From: Escherichia coli
GTDB taxonomy: Bacteria; Pseudomonadota; Gammaproteobacteria; Enterobacterales; Enterobacteriaceae
Length of the DNA: 32,000 nt
Assembly (NCBI RefSeq): GCF_002787215.1
Contig: NZ_CP024851.1
Reading direction: 5' to 3' (one strand)
Shown: piece after piece, positions 14,534 to 23,074 of the stretch
Position numbering within the stretch: the first letter of the stretch is position 1
Layout: each line of letters opens with the position of its first letter
The notes under the pieces: model-generated
Seen by the model: only the letters and a program-made list of their open reading frames with translations
Databases searched by the model: none
Told to the model about the DNA's origin: nothing
Program-made: the position numbers and the translations under genes

Positions 14534-15292
14534 TTACATGCTGTAGCCCAGCGATAAGGTTGTCCGACGATCGGTATGTTCCGGTGCAGACTCTGGAGGT
14601 TCAGAGTTCCATGTGACGTTGTAAGCCACCTTCAGTCCAAAATGTTCATTAATAGCAACATTTAATGCGCTTTCGGAGTTCAGCGTTGTGTCTTCCGCGC
14701 CAAAGACGGAAACACCCTGCGTAAATTTAGCGTTGTCAGTCAACTGCCATGCATAAGCCCCGGAGGCATAACCCAGCGGCTGGGTTTCACTGGCATTATC
14801 GGTATATTTGTCGTAACGCACACCTGGACCGAATTCAAAGCGGAAACTGTGGACCGGGCCATTCAAAAACTGGCGACCATAACCCGCGGTCAACACATCG
14901 CGCTCTCGATAGCCGTTATAACGGTCTGTCAGCCAGCTTGCCTGCCCAAATAAATAGTCATAATCAGTTAAATTAAAACGGCTACGCCCGCCCGCGGCAT
15001 ATTTTTCTGAAGAACGCTCATCATTAGAAGAAGTATTACTGGCGTTCCCCCACAGCGACCAGGCAGTGGTTTGTCCATACCAGGTCATGGTGGTGTCAGC
15101 CGTAAGTGAGGAGCTTTTCGTATTGCCTGATTGTGCAAGATATCCTGCGTTCAGATTACCTTCGAAAGGTTTTTTAGCGCTGGCAGGATCGTCCATGACA
15201 GTAAAAACGGAATCATCGGCAGCTGCATTCAATGACGCAAACATGCCCCCCGCCAACATAACGATGGCAGGAACTGTCTTCAAAAGCTTCAT
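14534..15292 (-). CDS. ydiY: Putative outer-membrane beta-barrel protein YdiY (DUF481 family)
   Basis: 252-aa ORF with signal peptide MKLLKTVPAIVMLAGGMFASLNAAA|DD and an alternating amphipathic beta-strand pattern. Recognised as YdiY. Confidence 0.9.
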   Translation of the reverse strand: MKLLKTVPAIVMLAGGMFASLNAAADDSVFTVMDDPASAKKPFEGNLNAGYLAQSGNTKSSSLTADTTMTWYGQTTAWSLWGNASNTSSNDERSSEKYAAGGRSRFNLTDYDYLFGQASWLTDRYNGYRERDVLTAGYGRQFLNGPVHSFRFEFGPGVRYDKYTDNASETQPLGYASGAYAWQLTDNAKFTQGVSVFGAEDTTLNSESALNVAINEHFGLKVAYNVTWNSEPPESAPEHTDRRTTLSLGYSM

Positions 15293-15578
15293 TTATCAAG
15301 AGTCCGTACAACAAAAAAAGAGACCATCGCGGTCCCGGAAACTTTCTTAAGGATCAAAGATTAGCGTCCCTGGAAAGGTAACGAATTATAAAAAGGCTTG
15401 AATAACTTAGCAATGTATTCTTATTTCATTTTTTGAATAAGCATGTGAAGAAAACAGATTTTTATTTATATATATTTATCTGCAAAATTTTAAATAAAGC
15501 TCTAATAAATCATATTGTTAATTTCTTCCCTTTCCGCTGATTCGGTGCCAGACTGAAATCAGCCTATAGGAGGAAATG

Positions 15579-16508
15579 ATGGTACGTATCTATACGTTGA
15601 CACTTGCGCCCTCTCTCGATAGCGCAACAATTACCCCGCAAATTTATCCCGAAGGAAAGCTGCGCTGTACCGCACCGGTATTCGAACCCGGAGGCGGCGG
15701 CATCAACGTCGCCCGCGCCATTGCCCATCTTGGAGGCAGTGCCACAGCGATCTTCCCGGCGGGTGGTGCGACCGGCGAACATCTGGTTTCACTGTTGGCA
15801 GATGAAAATGTCCCCGTCGCTACTGTAGAAGCCAAAGACTGGACCCGGCAGAATTTACACGTACATGTGGAAGCAAGCGGTGAGCAGTATCGTTTTGTCA
15901 TGCCAGGCGCGGCATTAAGTGAAGATGAGTTTCGCCAGCTTGAAGAGCAAGTTCTGGAAATTGAATCCGGTGCTATCCTGGTCATAAGCGGAAGCCTGCC
16001 GCCAGGTGTGAAGCTGGAAAAATTAACCCAACTGATTTCCGCTGCGCAAAAACAAGGGATTCGCTGCATCGTCGACAGTTCTGGCGAAGCGTTAAGTGCA
16101 GCACTGGCGATTGGTAATATCGAGTTGGTTAAGCCTAACCAAAAAGAACTCAGTGCGCTAGTGAATCGCGAACTCACCCAGCCAGACGATGTCCGCAAAG
16201 CCGCGCAGGAAATCGTTAATAGCGGCAAGGCCAAACGAGTTGTCGTTTCCCTGGGTCCACAAGGGGCGCTGGGCGTTGATAGTGAAAACTGCATTCAGGT
16301 TGTGCCACCACCGGTGAAAAGCCAGAGCACCGTTGGCGCTGGTGACAGCATGGTCGGCGCGATGACACTGAAACTGGCAGAAAATGCCTCTCTTGAAGAG
16401 ATGGTCCGTTTTGGCGTAGCTGCGGGGAGTGCAGCCACACTCAATCAGGGAACACGCCTGTGCTCCCATGACGATACACAAAAAATTTACGCTTACCTTT
16501 CCCGCTAA
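15579..16508 (+). CDS. pfkB: 6-phosphofructokinase II (PfkB/ribokinase family)
   Basis: MVRIYTLTLAPSLDSATITPQIYPEGKLRC...GAGDSMVGAM... (309 aa). The tandem ATGATG at 15576 makes the track ORF 1 codon longer. AGGAGG is at 15569..15574. Confidence 0.95.
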   Translation: MVRIYTLTLAPSLDSATITPQIYPEGKLRCTAPVFEPGGGGINVARAIAHLGGSATAIFPAGGATGEHLVSLLADENVPVATVEAKDWTRQNLHVHVEASGEQYRFVMPGAALSEDEFRQLEEQVLEIESGAILVISGSLPPGVKLEKLTQLISAAQKQGIRCIVDSSGEALSAALAIGNIELVKPNQKELSALVNRELTQPDDVRKAAQEIVNSGKAKRVVVSLGPQGALGVDSENCIQVVPPPVKSQSTVGAGDSMVGAMTLKLAENASLEEMVRFGVAAGSAATLNQGTRLCSHDDTQKIYAYLSR

Positions 16509-16515
16509 CTGAAAC

Positions 16516-16537
16516 ATTCCCCCTGCATTGGGGGAAT
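16516..16537 (+). terminator. Hairpin downstream of pfkB
   Basis: ATTCCCCC-TGCATT-GGGGGAAT is a perfect 8-bp stem 8 nt after the pfkB stop. No T-tract follows, so terminator function is uncertain. Confidence 0.35.
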
Positions 16538-16608
16538 CACCACCAACCTGTCGGCAACGCGTTTCTCCGACTATGCTCAAAAGTCATGTGATAACAAAGG
16601 GGTGAACT

Positions 16609-16899
16609 ATGGCCAGTGGCGATCTTGTCCGTTATGTCATAACCGTCATGTTGCATGAGGATACATTGACTGAAATTAACGAGTTGAATAATTACCTGAC
16701 TCGCGACGGTTTTTTGCTCACCATGACGGATGATGATGGAAATATCCATGAGCTGGGGACTAACACTTTTGGACTTATCAGTACCCAAAGTGAAGAAGAA
16801 ATTAGAGAACTGGTTTCGGGGCTTACCCAAAGTGCAACCGGTAAAGATCCTGAAATCGCCATCACGACCTGGGAGGAATGGAATAGCAACAGAAAATAA
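16609..16899 (+). CDS. ydiZ: Small acidic protein YdiZ, function unknown
   Basis: 96-aa ORF MASGDLVRYVITVMLHEDTLTEINELNNYLTRDGF..., recognised as YdiZ. GGGGTGA lies upstream of the ATG. Confidence 0.85.
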   Translation: MASGDLVRYVITVMLHEDTLTEINELNNYLTRDGFLLTMTDDDGNIHELGTNTFGLISTQSEEEIRELVSGLTQSATGKDPEIAITTWEEWNSNRK

Positions 16900-17004
16900 A
16901 TGGTTTTTGGGCAATAATCAGTCTGTGGTGTGCTTTAGCTCGTGTTTTTACACCGCATTCTTGCGCTAACCTTATGATCTGGCAGACAACATGGGAGAGA
17001 CATC

Positions 17005-17865
17005 ATGTGGCAGGCAATCAGTCGTCTTTTGAGCGAGCAGTTAGGTGAAGGCGAAATCGAACTGCGTAATGAACTGCCTGGCGGAGAAGTCCATGCCGCA
17101 TGGCATTTGCGCTATGCAGGACGTGACTTTTTCGTCAAATGTGATGAAAGGGAACTGCTTCCCGGTTTTACCGCCGAAGCCGACCAACTGGAGTTACTGT
17201 CGCGTAGTAAAACCGTCACCGTGCCTAAGGTTTGGGCAGTTGGCGCTGACCGTGACTACAGTTTTCTGGTGATGGATTATCTCCCACCTCGCCCGCTGGA
17301 TGCGCATAGCGCATTTATTCTTGGTCAGCAAATTGCGCGTTTACATCAATGGAGCGACCAACCACAATTTGGCCTCGATTTTGATAACTCGCTCTCCACA
17401 ACTCCGCAGCCCAACACCTGGCAACGTCGCTGGTCAACGTTTTTTGCTGAACAACGGATTGGCTGGCAGTTGGAACTAGCAGCAGAGAAAGGGATCGCTT
17501 TCGGCAATATCGACGCCATCGTAGAGCATATTCAGCAGCGTCTGGCCTCGCATCAACCGCAGCCTTCTCTGTTGCATGGCGATTTATGGTCCGGCAACTG
17601 TGCGCTGGGTCCGGATGGCCCGTACATTTTCGACCCGGCCTGCTACTGGGGTGACCGAGAGTGCGACCTGGCGATGTTACCGCTGCATACTGAACAGCCG
17701 CCACAAATCTATGACGGCTATCAGTCAGTATCCCCGCTACCTGCCGATTTCCTTGAACGTCAACCGGTTTACCAACTCTACACGCTGTTAAATCGTGCAA
17801 GGTTATTTGGCGGTCAGCATTTGGTTATTGCTCAGCAGTCACTGGATAGATTATTAGCAGCATAA
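17005..17865 (+). CDS. yniA: Fructosamine/ketosamine-3-kinase-family protein YniA
   Basis: 286-aa ORF with kinase-like motifs (LLHGDLWSGN, FDPACYWGDRECDLAM) typical of the FN3K family. Confidence 0.9.
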   Translation: MWQAISRLLSEQLGEGEIELRNELPGGEVHAAWHLRYAGRDFFVKCDERELLPGFTAEADQLELLSRSKTVTVPKVWAVGADRDYSFLVMDYLPPRPLDAHSAFILGQQIARLHQWSDQPQFGLDFDNSLSTTPQPNTWQRRWSTFFAEQRIGWQLELAAEKGIAFGNIDAIVEHIQQRLASHQPQPSLLHGDLWSGNCALGPDGPYIFDPACYWGDRECDLAMLPLHTEQPPQIYDGYQSVSPLPADFLERQPVYQLYTLLNRARLFGGQHLVIAQQSLDRLLAA

Positions 17866-17882
17866 TATGGGGTGAGGATAAT

Positions 17883-17904
17883 GGCCGCTCCGTGCGGCCT
17901 TTTG
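17883..17904 (+). terminator. Intrinsic terminator after yniA, between convergent yniA and yniB
   Basis: GGCCGC-TCCGT-GCGGCC followed by TTTTG, 18 nt after the yniA stop. Confidence 0.7.
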
Positions 17905-17905
17905 A

Positions 17906-18442
17906 TTAAATAAACCCCAGCAGAGAAAAGAACACATAACCTGCAGCAATACAAATAACCGGCAGGATATACAGCGAGAAAAACTGCAGGAAAATAGTAT
18001 GGTGCGGCACAACAATACGTGACTCAATTTGTTCACGCGTTAGCCCCTCTTCCCCTTTGGCTTTTTCCAGAATGAGTTGATCTTCAACACCTTCCCGCAA
18101 GAAGCGCGCCTGGCGACTCATCCGGGCACCGGAATCCTGCAACGCCAGTCCGACAAAAATCAGGATGAAAATCACCCAGAACATAACGTTCACGCCACCA
18201 TTAAAATTGGGCGTCGGGGAGTTATACCAGAACAGATTCAAAAAAGGCGTATTCGCCTGCATCATATCGATCATGACATGAGTAAAGTCGAGCATGACCG
18301 CATTAATGCCTTCCTGGTTTTCCTGCCGGGTATTCATAAATTTCAGCAAAGAAATCAGTGTAGAGATCAATGCAGGTATAAAAATCACCCAACCCAAAAT
18401 CCTTTTCAAAACAGCAATGCGTCCAGCTTGTTGATACGTCAT
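17906..18442 (-). CDS. yniB: Inner-membrane protein YniB, function unknown
   Basis: 178-aa ORF with several hydrophobic segments (ILGWVIFIPALISTLISLL, VMFWVIFILIFVGLAL, FSLYILPVICIAAGYVFFSLLGFI). Confidence 0.88.
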   Translation of the reverse strand: MTYQQAGRIAVLKRILGWVIFIPALISTLISLLKFMNTRQENQEGINAVMLDFTHVMIDMMQANTPFLNLFWYNSPTPNFNGGVNVMFWVIFILIFVGLALQDSGARMSRQARFLREGVEDQLILEKAKGEEGLTREQIESRIVVPHHTIFLQFFSLYILPVICIAAGYVFFSLLGFI

Positions 18443-18588
18443 GAGTTCTCCTTGATTAAGACGCGTCGTTTCACTTAGTTTACCTGTAGATATCTGTTTT
18501 CGCCCATTCTTTAAAGGCGATATGATAGGCGCTTAATCATAAGCACGGCTTAATACTTTACACATAATGCTCTAAAGGAGAGGTTGTA

Positions 18589-19257
18589 ATGTCAACCCCG
18601 CGTCAGATTCTTGCTGCAATTTTTGATATGGATGGATTACTTATCGACTCAGAACCTTTATGGGATCGAGCTGAACTGGATGTGATGGCAAGCCTGGGGG
18701 TGGATATCTCCCGTCGTAACGAGCTGCCGGACACCTTAGGTTTACGCATCGATATGGTGGTCGATCTTTGGTACGCCCGGCAACCCTGGAATGGGCCAAG
18801 CCGTCAGGAAGTAGTAGAACGGGTTATTGCTCGTGCCATTTCACTGGTTGAAGAGACGCGTCCATTATTACCAGGCGTGCGCGAAGCTGTTGCGTTATGC
18901 AAAGAACAAGGTTTATTAGTGGGACTGGCCTCCGCGTCACCACTACATATGCTGGAAAAAGTGTTGACCATGTTTGACTTACGCGACAGTTTCGATGCCC
19001 TCGCCTCGGCTGAAAAACTGCCTTACAGCAAGCCGCATCCGCAAGTATATCTCGACTGCGCAGCAAAACTGGGCGTTGACCCACTGACCTGCGTGGCGCT
19101 GGAAGACTCGGTAAATGGCATGATCGCTTCTAAAGCAGCCCGCATGCGTTCCATCGTCGTTCCTGCGCCAGAAGCGCAAAATGATCCACGTTTTGTATTA
19201 GCAAACGTCAAACTCTCATCGCTGACAGAACTCACCGCAAAAGACCTTCTCGGTTAA
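18589..19257 (+). CDS. hxpB: HAD-superfamily sugar/hexitol phosphatase HxpB (YniC)
   Basis: 222-aa ORF with HAD motif I (AAIFDMDGLLIDSE) and later HAD motifs (GLASAS, EDSVNG). AGGAGAGG lies upstream. Confidence 0.93.
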   Translation: MSTPRQILAAIFDMDGLLIDSEPLWDRAELDVMASLGVDISRRNELPDTLGLRIDMVVDLWYARQPWNGPSRQEVVERVIARAISLVEETRPLLPGVREAVALCKEQGLLVGLASASPLHMLEKVLTMFDLRDSFDALASAEKLPYSKPHPQVYLDCAAKLGVDPLTCVALEDSVNGMIASKAARMRSIVVPAPEAQNDPRFVLANVKLSSLTELTAKDLLG

Positions 19258-19259
19258 TG

Positions 19260-19295
19260 ACCAGGGGCAGTGATCACACTGCTCCTGGTTCTTTA
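19260..19295 (+). terminator. Intrinsic terminator after hxpB
   Basis: A 13-bp stem spans 19260..19289 (ACCAGGGGCAGTG-ATCA-CACTGCTCCTGGT, one G-U pair), followed by TCTTTATCT. Confidence 0.75.
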
Positions 19296-19367
19296 TCTGA
19301 ATTTGCATTCAACTGACGGATTAATCGTCAATTTAAGAGAAAGAGTTACACCGTCACCACTTCCGTG

Positions 19368-19387
19368 CACTGTATAAAAATCCTATA
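19368..19387 (+). promoter_or_regulatory. LexA box (weaker upstream box) of ydjM
   Basis: CACTGTATAAAAATCCTATA has the CTGT half-site intact and a degenerate distal half. It overlaps the second box by 2 nt, as described for ydjM. Confidence 0.6.
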
Positions 19388-19405
19388 CTGTACGTATTGA
19401 CAGTT
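19386..19405 (+). promoter_or_regulatory. LexA box (consensus-like) of ydjM
   Basis: TACTGTACGTATTGACAGTT matches the SOS-box pattern CTG-N10-CAG exactly, 15 nt upstream of the ydjM ATG. Confidence 0.8.
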
Positions 19406-19419
19406 TAGTGAGTTTTATC

Positions 19420-20010
19420 ATGACGGCGGAAGGTCACCTTCTCTTTTCTATTGCTTGTGCGGTATTTGCCAAAAATGCCGAGCTGACGCCCGTGCTGGCA
19501 CAGGGTGACTGGTGGCATATTGTCCCTTCCGCAATCCTGACGTGTTTGTTACCGGACATCGATCACCCAAAGTCGTTTCTTGGGCAGCGATTAAAGTGGA
19601 TATCAAAACCGATCGCCCGCGCTTTTGGGCATCGTGGTTTTACCCACAGTCTGCTGGCGGTATTTGCGCTGCTGGCAACCTTTTACCTTAAGGTTCCTGA
19701 AAGCTGGTTCATTCCGGCTGATGCGCTACAAGGAATGGTGCTGGGTTATTTGAGCCACATACTTGCCGATATGCTGACACCCGCCGGTGTTCCCCTGCTC
19801 TGGCCATGCCGCTGGCGTTTCCGCTTGCCTATCCTGGTTCCCCAAAAGGGCAACCAACTGGAACGTTTTATCTGCATGGCATTATTTGTCTGGTCGGTAT
19901 GGATGCCCCATTCATTACCCGAAAACAGCGCTGTTCGTTGGTCATCGCAAATGATCAATACTTTGCAGATCCAGTTTCATCGGCTTATTAAGCATCAGGT
20001 TGAATACTAA
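19420..20010 (+). CDS. ydjM: LexA-regulated inner-membrane metal-dependent hydrolase-like protein YdjM
   Basis: MTAEGHLLFSIACAVFAKNAELTP... (196 aa) from ATG 19420. The track ORF starts 4 codons earlier at a GTG that lies inside the LexA box. Confidence 0.88.
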   Translation: MTAEGHLLFSIACAVFAKNAELTPVLAQGDWWHIVPSAILTCLLPDIDHPKSFLGQRLKWISKPIARAFGHRGFTHSLLAVFALLATFYLKVPESWFIPADALQGMVLGYLSHILADMLTPAGVPLLWPCRWRFRLPILVPQKGNQLERFICMALFVWSVWMPHSLPENSAVRWSSQMINTLQIQFHRLIKHQVEY

Positions 20011-20142
20011 AAAGGCAAAAATCACCTTTCTGGAATAAGCAATTCCATTTGAATATAAGAGCCAGCTCACAGTTCTGTTAATCTTGCGCCAACACTATGA
20101 CTGCTACGCAGTGATAGAAATAATAAGATCAGGAGAACGGGG

Positions 20143-21534
20143 ATGAACTTTCCATTAATTGCGAACATCGTGGTGTTCGTTGTACTGCTGTTTGCGCTGG
20201 CTCAGACCCGCCATAAACAGTGGAGTCTGGCGAAAAAAGTGCTGGTGGGTCTGGTGATGGGTGTGGTTTTTGGCCTCGCCCTGCATACCATTTATGGTTC
20301 TGACAGCCAGGTACTTAAAGATTCTGTACAGTGGTTTAACATTGTTGGTAACGGCTATGTTCAACTGCTGCAAATGATCGTTATGCCGTTAGTCTTCGCC
20401 TCTATTCTGAGCGCGGTTGCCCGTCTGCATAACGCATCTCAGTTAGGCAAAATCAGTTTTCTGACCATCGGTACGCTTTTGTTTACCACGCTGATTGCGG
20501 CGCTGGTCGGTGTGCTGGTCACCAACCTGTTTGGTTTGACGGCTGAAGGTCTGGTTCAGGGTGGTGCAGAAACTGCACGTCTGAACGCCATTGAAAGTAA
20601 CTATGTTGGTAAAGTCTCTGACCTGAGCGTTCCGCAGCTGGTCTTGTCCTTTATCCCGAAAAACCCGTTTGCCGATCTGACCGGAGCCAATCCGACGTCA
20701 ATTATCAGCGTGGTAATTTTTGCCGCATTCCTCGGCGTAGCTGCGCTGAAGCTGCTGAAGGATGATGCGCCGAAAGGTGAACGCGTCTTAACCGCTATCG
20801 ATACCCTGCAAAGCTGGGTGATGAAACTGGTTCGCCTGGTCATGCAGCTGACCCCTTACGGCGTTCTGGCGCTGATGACCAAAGTGGTTGCAGGTTCTAA
20901 CCTGCAAGACATCATCAAACTGGGAAGTTTCGTTGTCGCGTCCTACCTCGGTCTTCTGATTATGTTTGCAGTGCATGGCCTTCTGCTGGGTATTAATGGC
21001 GTGAGCCCGCTGAAGTACTTCCGTAAGGTATGGCCAGTTCTGACGTTTGCCTTTACCAGCCGTTCCAGTGCTGCGTCTATCCCACTGAATGTGGAAGCAC
21101 AAACGCGTCGTCTGGGTGTTCCTGAATTCATCGCCAGTTTCGCCGCCTCTTTCGGTGCAACCATTGGTCAGAACGGCTGTGCCGGTTTGTATCCGGCAAT
21201 GCTGGCGGTGATGGTTGCGCCTACGGTTGGCATTAACCCGATGGACCCGATGTGGATTGCGACGCTGGTCGGTATTGTTACCGTTAGTTCCGCAGGCGTT
21301 GCCGGTGTCGGTGGTGGTGCAACTTTCGCCGCACTGATTGTGCTGCCTGCGATGGGCCTGCCTGTAACGCTGGTGGCATTGTTAATCTCCGTTGAACCGC
21401 TTATCGACATGGGGCGTACGGCGCTAAACGTTAGTGGCTCGATGACCGCTGGCACGCTGACCAGCCAGTGGCTGAAGCAAACCGATAAAGCCATTCTGGA
21501 TAGCGAAGACGACGCCGAACTGGCACACCGTTAA
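20143..21534 (+). CDS. tcyP: L-cystine / dicarboxylate-amino-acid:cation symporter-family transporter TcyP (YdjN)
   Basis: 463-aa polytopic membrane ORF of the DAACS family ([19 protein letters not shown] motifs), recognised as YdjN. AGGAGAACGGGG lies upstream. Confidence 0.93.
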   Translation: MNFPLIANIVVFVVLLFALAQTRHKQWSLAKKVLVGLVMGVVFGLALHTIYGSDSQVLKDSVQWFNIVGNGYVQLLQMIVMPLVFASILSAVARLHNASQLGKISFLTIGTLLFTTLIAALVGVLVTNLFGLTAEGLVQGGAETARLNAIESNYVGKVSDLSVPQLVLSFIPKNPFADLTGANPTSIISVVIFAAFLGVAALKLLKDDAPKGERVLTAIDTLQSWVMKLVRLVMQLTPYGVLALMTKVVAGSNLQDIIKLGSFVVASYLGLLIMFAVHGLLLGINGVSPLKYFRKVWPVLTFAFTSRSSAASIPLNVEAQTRRLGVPEFIASFAASFGATIGQNGCAGLYPAMLAVMVAPTVGINPMDPMWIATLVGIVTVSSAGVAGVGGGATFAALIVLPAMGLPVTLVALLISVEPLIDMGRTALNVSGSMTAGTLTSQWLKQTDKAILDSEDDAELAHR

Positions 21535-21544
21535 TTCTTATGCT

Positions 21545-21585
21545 GGCAACGGTCCGTTTTGTATAGGAGCCGTTGCCTTACTTTT
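21545..21585 (+). terminator. Probable terminator after tcyP
   Basis: GGCAACGG (21545..21552) pairs with CCGTTGCC (21570..21577) around a 17-nt loop, followed by TTACTTTTT. Confidence 0.5.
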
Positions 21586-22352
21586 TAAATGTTCCATCGC
21601 GGCGATGCATACTGACTCATATTTAAACAGATCGTCAGCGAAAAAATGGCTAACTTATCGATACATTCCTGACTCAATGAATGTGCTTGTAGCGAGAAGC
21701 TTAAAACCTCATACCCAAGACGTTTTCTAAGTGAACTATCTGAAATACTCATAATCTCTTCAAGCACACCACTTCCCATTCCCGGAAGATTCAGTGGATT
21801 AAAAAGAAGATTGACATTAAGCATTGATATTACCGAAGGAAACTTTAGGAGACTCTCATTTTTTTGAATCGCAGCAAAAATGCTCCCAACAGGATGTATA
21901 TAATTTTGTTCATAGTATATCGTTCTTAAATAGTGAATAACCAACCTGTTTTTTATATTGATCAAATTGGTCATTTTTTCTGGTCGGAATTCACAGGTAA
22001 AATCCATCCCAACAAAATTCTCATTAATACCTCTTATCCTAATTTCACTACCATAAAGATTATTAATTATCACTCTATATTTAACATTGTCCTGCAGATA
22101 TGTATCAAAACTAAGTGCTGGCGCTCCTGGCTTTGAGGCATCATAGTTAATGTTAGACATATAGGCAATCATATAATTGAAGTTTGATTCTGCTATTTCA
22201 TCGCAGGCACATTGACCCGTTGATATAAAGAAAGTGAGTGCTGTCATGGTAGACTGCAGTCTTTCTTTAAAAGAGTCGAAGGCAAGGTTTTTAATATTTA
22301 AATTACCATAATCATTCTGTATTAAGTTTGTAGAAAACATCTCCCGCCTCAT
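21585..22352 (-). CDS. ydjO: Uncharacterised protein YdjO (AT-rich orphan gene)
   Basis: 255-aa ORF with no signal peptide or TM segment and no motif I recognise. Start is ambiguous: ATG 22352, or ATG 22340 (MFSTNLIQ...) which has GAGG 6 nt upstream. Position between tcyP and cedA matches ydjO. Confidence 0.75.
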   Translation of the reverse strand: MRREMFSTNLIQNDYGNLNIKNLAFDSFKERLQSTMTALTFFISTGQCACDEIAESNFNYMIAYMSNINYDASKPGAPALSFDTYLQDNVKYRVIINNLYGSEIRIRGINENFVGMDFTCEFRPEKMTNLINIKNRLVIHYLRTIYYEQNYIHPVGSIFAAIQKNESLLKFPSVISMLNVNLLFNPLNLPGMGSGVLEEIMSISDSSLRKRLGYEVLSFSLQAHSLSQECIDKLAIFSLTICLNMSQYASPRWNI

Positions 22353-22598
22353 ATTGTTAACAAAATTATTATCTCATTTAAATCTAAGTCATTTACAATA
22401 TAAGTTTAAGAGCGACACCACAGGATGAACTATCAAAAATAGCTCATCATGATTAGCAAAACTTAACCATTTTAAAATAAATAAACAATTAAAGAAAAAA
22501 GTTCACTTATTTATAGCAATAGATCGTCAAAGGCAGCTTTTTGTTACAGGTGGTTTGAATGAATGTAGCAATGAAATACAGAATTTCAGGCCATGTAA

Positions 22599-22617
22599 CT
22601 CCCGGCAGAACCGGGAG
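22599..22617 (-). terminator. Hairpin downstream of cedA
   Basis: The minus strand has CTCCCGG-TTCTG-CCGGGAG, 11 nt after the cedA stop. Only a weak T-tract (TTACAT) follows. Confidence 0.45.
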
Positions 22618-22628
22618 GTACGTAATCC

Positions 22629-22871
22629 TTACTCAGTCACTTCCCCTTCCTGGCGGATCTGATTTGCCCAACGCTGGGCGGATTCAGGCACAGTAAACGC
22701 CGGTGAGCGCAGAAATGACTCTCCCATCAGTACAAACGCAACATATTTGCCACGTAGCATCCAGACATCACGAAACGAATCCATCTTTATCGCATGTTCT
22801 GGCGGCGCGGGTTCCGTGCGTGGGACATAGCTAATAATCTGGCGGTTTTGCTGGCGGAGCGGTTTCTTCAT
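22629..22871 (-). CDS. cedA: Cell-division modulator CedA
   Basis: MKKPLRQQNRQIISYVPRTEPAPPEHAIKMDSFRDVWMLRGKYVAFVLMGESFLRSPAFTVPESAQRWANQIRQEGEVTE (80 aa) from ATG 22871. The track ORF extends 7 codons upstream to 22892. Confidence 0.88.
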   Translation of the reverse strand: MKKPLRQQNRQIISYVPRTEPAPPEHAIKMDSFRDVWMLRGKYVAFVLMGESFLRSPAFTVPESAQRWANQIRQEGEVTE

Positions 22872-23006
22872 TACTGGCTTCACTAAACGCATATTAAAAA
22901 TCAGAAAAACTGTAGTTTAGCCGATCTAGCCCCCATACGTCCCGCTTTGCGTGTATTTCATAACACCGTTTCCAGAATAGTCTCCGAAGCGGGATCTGGC
23001 TGATGG

Positions 23007-23016
23007 TCTATAGTTA
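23007..23016 (+). promoter_or_regulatory. Candidate sigmaS-type -10 element for katE
   Basis: TCTATAGTTA resembles the RpoS extended -10 consensus (TCTATACTTAA) and lies ~60 nt upstream of the katE ATG. RpoS dependence of katE is established knowledge. The site was assigned by eye only. Confidence 0.35.
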
Positions 23017-23074
23017 GAGGGTTTTTTGACCAAAACAGCGGCCCTTTCAGTAATAAATTAAGGAGACGAGTTCA

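Noticed and set aside
15644-16580. 216-aa and 140-aa minus-strand ORFs overlapping pfkB
   Set aside because: They are antisense shadow ORFs inside a recognised PfkB coding sequence. Their Ser/Pro/Ala/Arg-rich translations have no motifs and no RBS.
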